From: a virus
Taxonomy: Duplodnaviria; Caudoviricetes
Length of the DNA stretch: 45,157 nucleotides
Direction: 5' to 3' (one strand)
IMG/VR virus record: IMGVR_UViG_3300049780_000024
Span: 1-45,157 of that record
This document shows positions 1 through 8,920 of this stretch, piece after piece (the first letter of the stretch is position 1; each line of letters opens with the position of its first letter). The notes beneath the pieces are model-generated. The model did no database searches and was not told the origin of the DNA. It saw only the letters and a list, made by a program, of their open reading frames with translations. The position numbers and the translations under genes are program-made.

Positions 1-60
1 CGGCCGCGACCGCGACCTCCTCGACCAGCTCGCCGGCTTCGACTACCCGGCCGCCGCCTG

Positions 61-186
61 ATGCCGCCCCGCCCGTGCCCGGACTGCGGCACCCCGGCCG
101 ACCCGACCGCCGTCTGTGCGTGCGGTCACGACCCGGCCGCGCCGGATCCGTGCCAGGAAGCCGACCTGCGGGAGCCGGCCACCTGA
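61..186 (+). CDS. 41-aa Cys-rich (CxxC...CxC) micro-protein
   Basis: MPPRPCPDCGTPADPTAVCACGH...; TGATG overlaps with both neighbours (59-63, 184-188); not in ORF track. Confidence 0.6.
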   Translation: MPPRPCPDCGTPADPTAVCACGHDPAAPDPCQEADLREPAT

Positions 187-362
187 TGGGCGCCGTCGCC
201 AACAGCCACTTCCACTGCCCGGCCTGTGGGCCGCTGGTCTTCGGGCGCACCCGGGCGATCTGCGGGCGGATCATCCCGCCGCAGACCGTCGGCACCGGGC
301 CCGAACGCAAGTGCACCGACTGCAAGACCGCCCTCCGCACCCACAAGAAGAAGCACCACTGA
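186..362 (+). CDS. Small Zn-finger-like protein (58 aa)
   Basis: HCPAC...C...CTDC; TGATG coupling at both ends. Confidence 0.7.
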   Translation: MGAVANSHFHCPACGPLVFGRTRAICGRIIPPQTVGTGPERKCTDCKTALRTHKKKHH

Positions 363-493
363 TGCCGCTGTTCAACCGCTGCGCCCAGTGCGAGGAGCAC
401 GCCGAGCTGCACAAGGGCAACTGGCTGGGGATCGGCAAGCAGAACGAACCGTGCCCGCCGTGCGAGGACCACGCCAAGAACGGCTGCCGCTGA
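362..493 (+). CDS. Small Cys/His protein resembling Streptomyces plasmid pRL2-8-like proteins
   Basis: CxxCxxH...CxxCxxH (CAQCEEH, CPPCEDH); coupled start. Confidence 0.6.
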   Translation: MPLFNRCAQCEEHAELHKGNWLGIGKQNEPCPPCEDHAKNGCR

Positions 494-577
494 TCCCCTG
501 ATTCGCCGGGCGCGGTCACCCCCTCCCGCGCCCGGCATCCGACAGCACCATCCACCTCAACCCGAGAGGAGCCCGTC

Positions 578-793
578 ATGGGCCGCATCACCCGCAAGTA
601 CAAGGCCGAGGTCAGCGACCGCGCCGCCGGCAAGACCTCCACCGTCGAGGGCGAGGTCCAGGTCGACGAGAACGTGCCGCTGCTCTACCGCGACAGCGAC
701 GCGCGTGACCAGGTGCGTGTCCGGGAGGGGCGCGGCGCGAAGACCGTGACCCGGGTCGAGATCGACGGCAAGGACGTGCCCTGGCGCAGCTGA
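578..793 (+). CDS. Hypothetical protein (71 aa)
   Basis: GAGGAG RBS, high GC3 codon usage. Confidence 0.75.
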   Translation: MGRITRKYKAEVSDRAAGKTSTVEGEVQVDENVPLLYRDSDARDQVRVREGRGAKTVTRVEIDGKDVPWRS

Positions 794-878
794 CCGGCTG
801 CCCGATCCGCTGGTCCCGTACCGGCGGTGAGGGGAACCGCCCAGCGATCCGTCACCCACCCCAGAAGGAGCACCTGCC

Positions 879-968
879 ATGCGTGAGAGCACCTGGGAAG
901 TCCTCAGCTTCGCGATCCCCGGCCTGATCGGTCTGGCCATCGTCATGTTCGCAATCTTCGCTCGCTGA
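879..968 (+). CDS. 29-aa single-TM peptide, possible Spd-type accessory
   Basis: AGAAGGAG RBS; MRESTWEVLSFAIPGLIGLAIVMFAIFAR; not in ORF track. Confidence 0.6.
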   Translation: MRESTWEVLSFAIPGLIGLAIVMFAIFAR

Positions 969-1062
969 CCGGTAGCCCTCGGTGCCCGTCTCGCACGGGC
1001 GCCCTGGACATCTGGCCAGCACCAACCCATCGCACACCCCCACGAGTCCTGGAAGGACAGCC

Positions 1063-2400
1063 ATGAGCAGCGAATACCGCTCCTGGAAGGAGCGTGACGC
1101 AGACGCCGCACTGACCAAGGCCCAGGCCGACAAGACCCGGGCCGAGACCGAGGCCGTCAAGCAGGCGGCTGTCGCCGGCGAGGCGAAGACCAAGACGGCC
1201 CTGCTCGCCGAGAAGGTGCAGCAGGCCAAGCTGAACAAGCAGCTCGCGGACGTCGCCGAGAAGGCCAAGGACGACAAGAAGGGCCGCCAGGCCAAGCGGC
1301 GTGAGCAGCGCGACGAGGATGGCGCCACCTTCAAGGTCCTCGTCAACGTGGTCATGGCGCTTGGCCTGCTGGCCGCGTTGCCTGCCCAGATCTCCTACTT
1401 CCTCGGCCTGCACCGCAAGGACGACAAGGACCCCGGCCTGGCGTGGACGCTGGCGCCGATCCCGTTCTTCCTGGAACTCCTCGCCTGGGTCGGCGTCATG
1501 GGCACCCGGTGGGCGCACCGGAAGGGGCTGCCGAGGTGGCCGTTCTGGATCCTGACCGCGACGCTCGCCTCGCTGGCCGGCTGGATCAACTACGCGCACG
1601 GCGTCACCGAGTACGGCCCGGTCGCCGGCTACGCCCTCGCGGCCACGTCGATGATCGGCCCGCTTCTGGCGGAGGTCCGCCAGTTCCTGGAGTCGAAGGC
1701 CGCCGAGGACGGGCGCGATCTGAAGCAGCGCGCCAAGGACCGGCGCGCGGCCCGGGAGAAGGCGAAGGCCGACCGCGAGCGGAAGCGGATCGAACAGGCC
1801 GAGGACGCGATTCGCAAGGACCTCTTCAAGGACGAGTTCGCCGAGTTCCGCCGGATCATGGCCGCGCATCCGACGGGCGGCATCGACCGGGCCGCGGCGT
1901 GGGTGCAGGCGTGGGACACGATGCACGGTCTGCCGCTGTCCGTCACGGCCGAATCCCTCGCCTCCAAGGAGGCCGCGCGTGAGGCCATCGAAGCGGTTAT
2001 GCGCGACTACGAGCGCACCCCCGAAAGCGTTGCCGTCGACCTGTGGCTCGCCGACATCTTCGGTACCGGCAAGGGCGACGACGGACCCACCGGAACGCCC
2101 GCAGGGGACGGCTCCGACGGGCCTGCGGGGGGAGGGTCACGGGCCCGCTCCGCCAAGCCCTCCGAGACGCGTACAGCCCTTGGGGGTAAAGGGAAGCAGC
2201 CCCCTCGGCACCCCGTAGACCCGGACACTGAACGGCCCCTCGAAGAGGCCGACCTGACCAAGGTCCGCGACCTCGCCAAGGCCCTCGGTGGAGCCGAGCG
2301 ACTCTCCGCCCGCAACGTCCGCGAAACCGTCGGCTGCCGCACCAAGTACGCCATCCGCCTCCGCGACGCGGTCCAGGCGGAAACCGCCCCCACCGAGTAA
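1063..2400 (+). CDS. SpdB/SpdB2-like spread membrane protein (DUF2637-like)
   Basis: N-terminal coiled coil, four hydrophobic helices, second coiled coil, low-complexity linker, HTH-like C-terminus; GGAAGGA RBS; lies upstream of traB. Confidence 0.7.
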   Translation: MSSEYRSWKERDADAALTKAQADKTRAETEAVKQAAVAGEAKTKTALLAEKVQQAKLNKQLADVAEKAKDDKKGRQAKRREQRDEDGATFKVLVNVVMALGLLAALPAQISYFLGLHRKDDKDPGLAWTLAPIPFFLELLAWVGVMGTRWAHRKGLPRWPFWILTATLASLAGWINYAHGVTEYGPVAGYALAATSMIGPLLAEVRQFLESKAAEDGRDLKQRAKDRRAAREKAKADRERKRIEQAEDAIRKDLFKDEFAEFRRIMAAHPTGGIDRAAAWVQAWDTMHGLPLSVTAESLASKEAAREAIEAVMRDYERTPESVAVDLWLADIFGTGKGDDGPTGTPAGDGSDGPAGGGSRARSAKPSETRTALGGKGKQPPRHPVDPDTERPLEEADLTKVRDLAKALGGAERLSARNVRETVGCRTKYAIRLRDAVQAETAPTE

Positions 2401-2428
2401 CCACCCACCCTTACCCAGGAGTCCGAAA

Positions 2429-2902
2429 ATGAACGTCACCCTTCGCCGCATCGCCGTCTCCACCACCGCGACCGTTGCCCTCCTCGGAGGTGCTGCCGCC
2501 ACCGCGAACGCCACCGCCCCGGAGCACGAGGCGACCGTCATCGCCATCGCCAAGGCCGAGACCCCGCCGGGCGGCACGGACGGCATCACCAACGGCCTCA
2601 CCCCCGACAACTCCGGCATGGGCGCCCAGCTGCAGAACCCCGTCAACGGGCAGGTGCCGGCCGGAACCCAGCAGATCCAGACCAAGGCGGGCGGCGGCGC
2701 GATCGGCGCCGGAGTGGTCGCGATCCTCGTCCTCGGGATCATCGTGTTCGTCCGCGTGAAGCACCGCGACATCAAGCCCGGCGACGCCGTGCTGGTCGGC
2801 CTGTTCGGGATCGCCCTGTCCGGCACGGTCATCGGCGCCATGGGCGACCAGATCACCAACTCCGCCATCAGCTCCCTCGGCAACGTCCTCGGCGGCCTGT
2901 AA
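2429..2902 (+). CDS. Secreted/membrane transfer-associated protein (signal peptide plus two C-terminal TM helices)
   Basis: MNVTLRRIAVSTTATVALLGGAAATANA signal; hydrophobic C-terminus; AGGAG RBS. Confidence 0.7.
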   Translation: MNVTLRRIAVSTTATVALLGGAAATANATAPEHEATVIAIAKAETPPGGTDGITNGLTPDNSGMGAQLQNPVNGQVPAGTQQIQTKAGGGAIGAGVVAILVLGIIVFVRVKHRDIKPGDAVLVGLFGIALSGTVIGAMGDQITNSAISSLGNVLGGL

Positions 2903-2963
2903 GCCGCTCACCCGCGGGGCCCGCACCCGGGCCCCGCCCCTCATCCAGGAAGGAAGCAGGCCA

Positions 2964-5156
2964 GTGGCCACCGAGATCGAGCCCCAGCACACCGAGCAGC
3001 AGCCGCAGGAGCCGGCCGAACCGACCCGCGGCGAGCGCATCAAGGCCGCCTTCGCCGAGCAGCGTGGCAACATGTCGGCCCGCACCCGCGACTGGCTCGC
3101 CGGTGGCGACCTCGACGAGGTCGACGTCATTCAGCTGGCCACCGAGAACAAGCAGCGCAAGCAGGCCGACCGGATTGCCCAGCAGGAGCGGCGGGCCGCC
3201 GAAGCCCGCGGACGCTTCCACGTAGCGAAGGCGCAGGCCGAGAACAGCGAGAACGGCAGCGGACACAGCCAGATGGCCGCCCTGGCCGGCCGGGCCGCAC
3301 AGGAGGAGGCCAAGCTCGAGGGCCTCCGCGCCGCCCCTGTGCTGCCGCCCACCGACCGGGAGATCGCCGCAGCTCGCAACGGCAAGAAGGCCGGGCGTGC
3401 CGCGATCCTCGCAGGTGGCGGCCTCGTCTCCCTTCCCGCGGTCGGCGCCGCGATTGAGCAGGCCGCGACCGGCCAGCCCATGCTGCTCGCCGCGCTCGGC
3501 ACAGCGGCTGGCTACGGCTGGTACCTGGTGTCGCGCCCTTTCGACGCCGGCCAGCCTGCACCTGCCCCGATCATGGAGGCACCGCAGCTGCTGGCCGCCC
3601 CGGCGGTGGACCTGGCGAAGGCGGACCCGCAGCCTGGGGTGCGGGAGTTCAACGCCCCGCCGCCGCCCGCGCTCACGGTTGAGGAGCTCGAGCAGGCGCT
3701 CCGCAACATCGGCGAGGTCAAGCCCAACGAGCAGATCCAGATCCTGGCCGTGCCGCAGCGCGACAAGGAGGGCAACACCACAGTCGTGTTCGACCTGCCG
3801 CCGCGCACGAAGGTCGCCAACCTGGTGAAGAAGATCGAGGAGTTCGCCGGGGCGCTTGGGCGCGACTCGATGATGATCGACGTGACCAAGGCGGGCACTG
3901 AACTCCGCACCAGCCTGTGGATGACCGACAGGGACCCCTTCGAAGAGGCCCGCCCGTCCCCGCTGCTCAAAGCGCCCAGCCAGATCGACGCCTTCAAGGA
4001 CGGCGTGCCCGTCGCCTGGGCCAAGCGCGGCAACACGATCCGCCTGCCGATCAGCATCTCCAACATCGCCATCGGTGGCGGCACACGGTCCGGCAAGGGC
4101 GTCGGTGCCTCCAACCTCGCCGTCGGCTCCACCTTCGACCCGCGCATCAACCTGCGCGTCGTCGCGGGCAAGAACAACGCCGAGTGGAACCCCTACGCCG
4201 CGACCGGCAACGCCTCCACCTACTTCAAGCCCGACCCGCACCGGCTCGTCGCCCTCCTCGACGCGCTGATCGCCGACAAGGACCGGCGCGAGCGGGACCT
4301 CGACAAGCTCGGCAAGAGCAAGCTGGTCGCCCCGGTGATCGAGCAGATCGGCGGCATCGAACTGCTGATCATCGACGAGCTGGCCACCTACACCAGGCCG
4401 GGCAAGCCGATGCGCGACGAGATCCTGGAGAAGCTCGTGCTCCTCGCGTCCGTCGCGGCCGGCGCCGGGATCCTGATGGCGGTCATCACCCAGTACCCGG
4501 GCGTCGACGTGTTCCCGACTGAGCTGGCCATCAACTTCACCACCAAGTGGGCCATGCGCGTCGACTCCGCCCAGCAGTCCAACGCCATCCTCGGCGCCGG
4601 CTCGTCCGGCATGGGGCGAGACGCGTCCAAGTTCAACCCGCCCCGCCCGGGCCTGGGCTGGCTGGTCAACCCCTTCGCCGGCGTCACCGACAAGGCGCGC
4701 TCCTTCGACCTGGACGAGGACGAGCGCGGCGAGATCACGATGCTGCTGGAGAAGGCCGCGAAGATCCGCGAGAAGGCGGGCCGCTTGGCAGGGCAGTGGG
4801 AGGACCCGATCGAGAAGCACCTCCTCAACGCCACCGGCTTGTCGTCGGCGGCCGGCGGGCCGAAGCGGGACGGTGTCCCGGGCCGGAATGTGCTGAACCA
4901 CACGCCGGAGCAGAAGTTCCAGATCAACTGCTGCCGTGCGGCGCTGAAGGCCATGGACACGCTTGGTCGCGACGTGGCGCAGCTGGAGGAGATGGCGAAG
5001 ATCATCGGAGCTATCAACGGCGACGAGCTCGGCAAGGCTCTGCGGGCAGCCGGAGCGGGCGGCGTAGTGAAGGTCAACATCGAGGGCCGCGGTCGGGTCA
5101 ACGGCTACCAGAAGGCCGACATCGCCGACGCGCTCAGCCTCCTCGAAGGTAACTGA
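2964..5156 (+). CDS. traB: TraB-type FtsK/SpoIIIE conjugative dsDNA translocase
   Basis: Two N-terminal TM segments, Walker A GGGTRSGKG, Walker B LLIIDELA, TQYP motif, wHTH-like C-terminus. Confidence 0.85.
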   Translation: MATEIEPQHTEQQPQEPAEPTRGERIKAAFAEQRGNMSARTRDWLAGGDLDEVDVIQLATENKQRKQADRIAQQERRAAEARGRFHVAKAQAENSENGSGHSQMAALAGRAAQEEAKLEGLRAAPVLPPTDREIAAARNGKKAGRAAILAGGGLVSLPAVGAAIEQAATGQPMLLAALGTAAGYGWYLVSRPFDAGQPAPAPIMEAPQLLAAPAVDLAKADPQPGVREFNAPPPPALTVEELEQALRNIGEVKPNEQIQILAVPQRDKEGNTTVVFDLPPRTKVANLVKKIEEFAGALGRDSMMIDVTKAGTELRTSLWMTDRDPFEEARPSPLLKAPSQIDAFKDGVPVAWAKRGNTIRLPISISNIAIGGGTRSGKGVGASNLAVGSTFDPRINLRVVAGKNNAEWNPYAATGNASTYFKPDPHRLVALLDALIADKDRRERDLDKLGKSKLVAPVIEQIGGIELLIIDELATYTRPGKPMRDEILEKLVLLASVAAGAGILMAVITQYPGVDVFPTELAINFTTKWAMRVDSAQQSNAILGAGSSGMGRDASKFNPPRPGLGWLVNPFAGVTDKARSFDLDEDERGEITMLLEKAAKIREKAGRLAGQWEDPIEKHLLNATGLSSAAGGPKRDGVPGRNVLNHTPEQKFQINCCRAALKAMDTLGRDVAQLEEMAKIIGAINGDELGKALRAAGAGGVVKVNIEGRGRVNGYQKADIADALSLLEGN

Positions 5157-5191
5157 ACCACCCCCGAAGTGCGGCGTATGTACCAGTATGC

Positions 5192-5353
5192 CGCCTGGAC
5201 AGTGCCCCAAATGCCCCGGACTGTCCACCCGGACAGCCTGGACGGCACCCGGACACCGTCCGGACGAAGTCCACCCCCTGTCCACCCCTGTCCAGGGTGC
5301 AGTCCGGGACAAACCATCCCATGTCCACCCGAACAAACCACCACAAACCCGAA
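5192..5353. repeat. clt-like array (cis-acting locus of transfer)
   Basis: CACCCGGA at 5226 and 5246, with variants at 5192, 5213, 5235, 5257, 5326 and 5346; 14 GGAC/GTCC cores in ~130 bp directly after traB. Confidence 0.65.
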
Positions 5354-5367
5354 ACGGAGCCTGACCC

Positions 5368-5754
5368 ATGGCCAAGGAGTGGCAGCCCCACCAGGAGCGC
5401 AAGTTCGTCCGCGAACTCCGCCTCAACACCCCGTACTACGTGATCCGCGACCTCGAGACCCGCGGTGCCCGGTTCGAGGACGCACAACGGTACGAGGTCC
5501 ACGTCTTCACCGAGCGGGCCATGCTCACCGGCACCCCGCGGACCGACGGCGGCATGACCGCCACCGAGCTCTGCCGCAACTGGGGGCCGGTCTACGACAC
5601 CAAGCCCCGCAACATGCGACGCAGTGGCGAGCCCGGCCCGCAGGTCGGCGCCCCCCTCGGCCGCGACTACACCGCCTACCTCGACGAGGCCGAACTCCGC
5701 GGACTCGACAAGCGGCTCCGCGACGCCAGCGACCCCCGCACCCGCCGCATCTGA
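5368..5754 (+). CDS. Hypothetical protein (128 aa)
   Basis: GGAG RBS, typical codon usage. Confidence 0.8.
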   Translation: MAKEWQPHQERKFVRELRLNTPYYVIRDLETRGARFEDAQRYEVHVFTERAMLTGTPRTDGGMTATELCRNWGPVYDTKPRNMRRSGEPGPQVGAPLGRDYTAYLDEAELRGLDKRLRDASDPRTRRI

Positions 5755-5780
5755 TCACCAACCACTAGGAGGAGAAATCA

Positions 5781-5969
5781 ATGACCGACAAGCAGCGCCT
5801 CTTCGAGACCGCCGTCCGCGATGCCGTCGTCGTCCTCGACCTCATGCGCCAGGACGTGTTCACCGGGCCCGCCTGCATCACGGCCGACGAAAGCACCGAG
5901 AAGGCCAAGGCCGCCGGCTGGACCTTCGAGGAGATCAAAGCCGAAGCCGAGCGGCGCCTCGACGCCTAG
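5781..5969 (+). CDS. Hypothetical protein (62 aa)
   Basis: AGGAGGAG RBS. Confidence 0.75.
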   Translation: MTDKQRLFETAVRDAVVVLDLMRQDVFTGPACITADESTEKAKAAGWTFEEIKAEAERRLDA

Positions 5970-6060
5970 CTGAGCCGGGGCGCCCCTCGAATGCCTGGAA
6001 GCGACCAGGGGCGCCCCGTTCCACCCCGCCCGATCAAGACCAGACGAGGAGATCACCATC

Positions 6061-6234
6061 ATGACCGACGAGCAATGGGAGGCCCAGAACGGCAGCCTCT
6101 CCCCGCAGGAAGCCCGCGCGCAGGGCCTGTGCTGGCACTGCTCCGGCAAGGGCGCCAACTACAGCGCCTTCGGCGGTGAGAGGATCACCGCACCCTGCCC
6201 CGAGTGCCGCGGCACCGGCAAGGCGCGGCCGTGA
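6061..6234 (+). CDS. 57-aa DnaJ-type zinc-finger micro-protein
   Basis: CWHCSGKG and CPECRGTG (CxxCxGxG twice); GAGGAG RBS; GTGA overlap with next gene; not in ORF track. Confidence 0.75.
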   Translation: MTDEQWEAQNGSLSPQEARAQGLCWHCSGKGANYSAFGGERITAPCPECRGTGKARP

Positions 6235-6734
6235 CTACCGCCGTCGCCGCACCGGCCGTCGAGACGAACCTCAACCTCGACGCGCGCCTCGCACTCACCC
6301 TCGCCGTCATGGACGAACGGTGCACCCTCGCCGTCCTCGCCGTCGACATCAACACCGCCCACCTGCCCGCAGCCGACCCCATCCCCGAGATCACCGCACC
6401 CCTGGCCCTCCCGCTCACCCTGGCGCCCTGTCCCTACAGCACCCCGCTCGCCGCCGTTCTCCACCGGGCGAGCCTCCGACTGGAGGCCAGCGGCTGGTGC
6501 AGCGGCGCGCTCCGCGACGAGCAGGGCGCCGCCTGCCTCATCGGCCACATCCGCGCCGAAGCCGCCAACCGCGACCAGGCAGACGACGCCTGCGCCCTGC
6601 TCCTGGAGACCATCCGCCGGGACTTTACCGACGCCGAGACGATCCCCAGCTGGAACGACGCCCAGCGCAACCCGCGGCTGCCGCTGCTCTACCTCGGCCG
6701 CGCCGCCGATCTCGCCCACGCCCGCAACCTCTAG
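6231..6734 (+). CDS. DUF6197-like phage protein
   Basis: GWCxG...CLIG...IPSWND pattern recalled from actinophage DUF6197 proteins. Confidence 0.6.
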   Translation: MTTAVAAPAVETNLNLDARLALTLAVMDERCTLAVLAVDINTAHLPAADPIPEITAPLALPLTLAPCPYSTPLAAVLHRASLRLEASGWCSGALRDEQGAACLIGHIRAEAANRDQADDACALLLETIRRDFTDAETIPSWNDAQRNPRLPLLYLGRAADLAHARNL

Positions 6735-6743
6735 GAGCCCACC

Positions 6744-6929
6744 GTGAGCCTCCGCCGCGAAACCGCCAACGACGACCGCGAACGCGCCCAGGGCCTACTG
6801 GCCGCACTCGGCGCATCGATGGACCCCGATCGGCCCGTCGACCAGTTCGAAGAAGTCGTGGGCCAAGCCCTCTACGCCAACCAATCCGCCAACCCGCCCG
6901 CCGGCCACAACTATCCGAAGAGGGGCTGA
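6744..6929 (+). CDS. Hypothetical protein (61 aa)
   Basis: AGGAG RBS, operon position. Confidence 0.65.
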   Translation: MSLRRETANDDRERAQGLLAALGASMDPDRPVDQFEEVVGQALYANQSANPPAGHNYPKRG

Positions 6930-6931
6930 CC

Positions 6932-7153
6932 ATGCTGATCCCCATCCCTGCCAGCACCGCCGACCATGAGGGCACCAACACCACCGTCACCCTCGCCCTG
7001 CTCGTCGCCGCCCAGTGCCCCCACGGCCACAACATCGCCTACACCGTGCCCGACGTCGAAGACCTCACCTACTACAGCAACAAGGCGGCCCGATGGGCCC
7101 AAGAGCACGCTGACCAGTGCGACGGCAAGCCCGCAGGCGTCAGGGCGGCCTGA
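6932..7153 (+). CDS. Hypothetical protein (73 aa)
   Basis: GAGGGG RBS; CxxxH...WAxxHAxxC motif. Confidence 0.6.
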   Translation: MLIPIPASTADHEGTNTTVTLALLVAAQCPHGHNIAYTVPDVEDLTYYSNKAARWAQEHADQCDGKPAGVRAA

Positions 7154-7197
7154 CGGCGGCCGAGCCATCGAAGCGGTACAGGCCTGATCGCAGCACC

Positions 7198-7224
7198 GCC
7201 CCCGGCGACCCCAGTGTCGGGGGC
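7198..7224 (+). terminator. GC-rich hairpin ending the left operon
   Basis: GCCCCCGGC / GTCGGGGGC imperfect inverted repeat. Confidence 0.5.
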
Positions 7225-7334
7225 TTCGCCATGACTGAATCGGGCGATTCCGGGTTACGGAACGAACACTTCACCTTCACGCCCACCCCAGTCGCGCGCA
7301 TGATGCACCCCACGCACAACCAACTGGGGGAATC

Positions 7335-7682
7335 ATGCGCCGCCGTTCTACCGCCGCTCTGCTCGTTGCCATCAGCCTCGTGCTTGCTGGATGTTCCAGC
7401 GGCGGCGATGACAGCAAGCCGCAGCCGACCGTGACCGTGACGAAGTCGCCAGAGCTGAGCGCGACAGAGAAGCGGCAAGCGTGCGTGGACGCGTGGCTGG
7501 TCGTCTTCAAAGAGACCCCGAACGACGCCCCAGACATAGAGGACAAGCCCACGGAATGCGAAGGCCTATCGGGTCAGGCAGACATGTACGTGGAAGCGAT
7601 GCAGCAGAGGAACGCAGAGAACCGGGGGAAAGTGGACGAGTGTCTGGAGGATCCGTCGTGCACGAGCATCCCGATCCCGTAG
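7335..7682 (+). CDS. Lipoprotein (moron-like)
   Basis: Lipobox LAG-C after a basic/hydrophobic leader; four further Cys. Confidence 0.8.
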   Translation: MRRRSTAALLVAISLVLAGCSSGGDDSKPQPTVTVTKSPELSATEKRQACVDAWLVVFKETPNDAPDIEDKPTECEGLSGQADMYVEAMQQRNAENRGKVDECLEDPSCTSIPIP

Positions 7683-7742
7683 CGCGTATGGCGCCGCCCC
7701 GCACCGGGTTCCGGGCGGGGCCGTCGTCACGCGGTCAGCCAC

Positions 7743-7931
7743 TCACCTGCCACGCCCCCGGCGGGTGCGCCAGCCTTTGCGCGCCATGCGGGACCGCTGC
7801 CCGAAGAAGCGTCCGCCGTTGCTGATACGTGCAGCCTTCTCCTTGCTCGCACCCTTCCGTCGCAGCGCACGGTACGCCGCGTGCCTGCTGCGGTAGACGA
7901 ACCCCCAGCGTCCTCCACGGTCGGAAACCAT
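7743..7931 (-). CDS. Highly basic small protein (DUF7218-like)
   Basis: YRALRRKGASKEKAARISN motif; coupled to the upstream gene. Confidence 0.7.
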   Translation of the reverse strand: MVSDRGGRWGFVYRSRHAAYRALRRKGASKEKAARISNGGRFFGQRSRMARKGWRTRRGRGR

Positions 7932-8152
7932 CAGCGGCCCTTCTTCTTGGTGGCGATCGACGGGTACCGGCGCTTGACGGCTTTCCGAACCTGCGCTTTC
8001 TCGCTGGAAGATCCGAACTGACTCACTCGCGCGAGGGCGTTGCGGGCTCGCCCCTTCGTGTCGAGGGGGTACTTCCGCTTGGAGGGCACGCCGAATGAGG
8101 ACTTGGGGAGGCTCTTGCGCTTCTTGGCGGGCATCTTGGGCGACTTGGCCAC
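7931..8152 (-). CDS. Highly basic small protein (DUF6582-like)
   Basis: RKSLPKSSFGVPSKRKYPL...ARNALAR motif; GTG start with GGAAGGGA RBS. Confidence 0.7.
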   Translation of the reverse strand: MAKSPKMPAKKRKSLPKSSFGVPSKRKYPLDTKGRARNALARVSQFGSSSEKAQVRKAVKRRYPSIATKKKGR

Positions 8153-8234
8153 GGGTCTACTCCCTTCCGCCCTTCCATGGTGCGCCTGCAACAGGGGGTT
8201 CGGTAGGGGAGTGGGCGACTATTGGGCGCCAATG

Positions 8235-8253
8235 TCCTACGATTCGAAGGTGA
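8235..8253. promoter_or_regulatory. Repeated operator-like motif (copy 1) in the divergent terS promoter region
   Basis: TCCT-ACGATTCGA-AGGT-GA; related copies at 10460, 33048 and 33080. Confidence 0.6.
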
Positions 8254-8299
8254 GAATGGTGTGACGATAAGGATCTGATGGCGCCGGGGAGGGTGAGGT

Positions 8300-8920
8300 A
8301 TGGCTGGTGGCCCTGTCCCGTACAACCGGCGCAACCCCGCCGAGCGCGCCCAACTCGCCGAAATCATCTTCGACCTCAAAGCGCAGGGCCTCTCCAACTA
8401 CAGCATCGACCAGATCACCCAGCACCCCGACGGGCCCACCGGCGGCGTGCGCGTCCCCGCGTCCACCGTCCGCGACCTCATCCGTGAAGAGACCGGCCGC
8501 CGCGTCGACCCTAAAGTCGACGAATACCGCACCCTCGAACTCGCCCGCCTCGAAGCCACCCTCGAACGCCTCCACAACATGGAGGAATCCGTCCAGCGAG
8601 TAATGGGCCGCAAACACATCACCGTCAACAACGGGCGCGTCATCAAGGTCGTCAACCCGGAGACCCTGGAAGAGGAGCCCGTCGAAGACGACACCTTCAT
8701 CCTCCAAGCCGTCGACCGGCTCAACCGCATCGAAGAATCCCGCCGCAGGACCAGCGAATCCATCCGCCGCCTCCTCGGCCTCGACATGCCCGTCAAGGTC
8801 GACGCCACCGTCACCGAGACCACCCAGCAGGACATCGAACTGCAGGAGATGATCCGCGACGCCAAGGTGAAGGTGCAGCTGGAGGAGCAGCAGATCGTCG
8901 ACGGCGGCGCTGAGGGCTGA
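8300..8920 (+). CDS. terS: Terminase small subunit
   Basis: N-terminal HTH-like segment, helical middle, LLGLD motif, coupled to terL. Confidence 0.7.
   Translation: MAGGPVPYNRRNPAERAQLAEIIFDLKAQGLSNYSIDQITQHPDGPTGGVRVPASTVRDLIREETGRRVDPKVDEYRTLELARLEATLERLHNMEESVQRVMGRKHITVNNGRVIKVVNPETLEEEPVEDDTFILQAVDRLNRIEESRRRTSESIRRLLGLDMPVKVDATVTETTQQDIELQEMIRDAKVKVQLEEQQIVDGGAEG

Noticed and set aside
2964-5156. FtsK ATPase as a type VII secretion EccC, HerA-type defence ATPase or packaging motor
   Set aside because: Single ATPase domain with TMs and wHTH in an Spd/clt context; TerL is already present; no WXG100 or nuclease partner seen
5192-5353. Repeats after traB as a CRISPR array or replication iterons
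   Set aside because: Units are 4-8 bp with no spacer structure, and no cas or rep gene is nearby; position fits clt
2868-5429. 853-aa minus-strand ORF, and similar long antisense ORFs at 19986-21959, 25376-27253, 10558-11802 and 32709-34064
   Set aside because: Shadow frames of high-GC3 genes with clear motifs on the opposite strand; no recognisable domains
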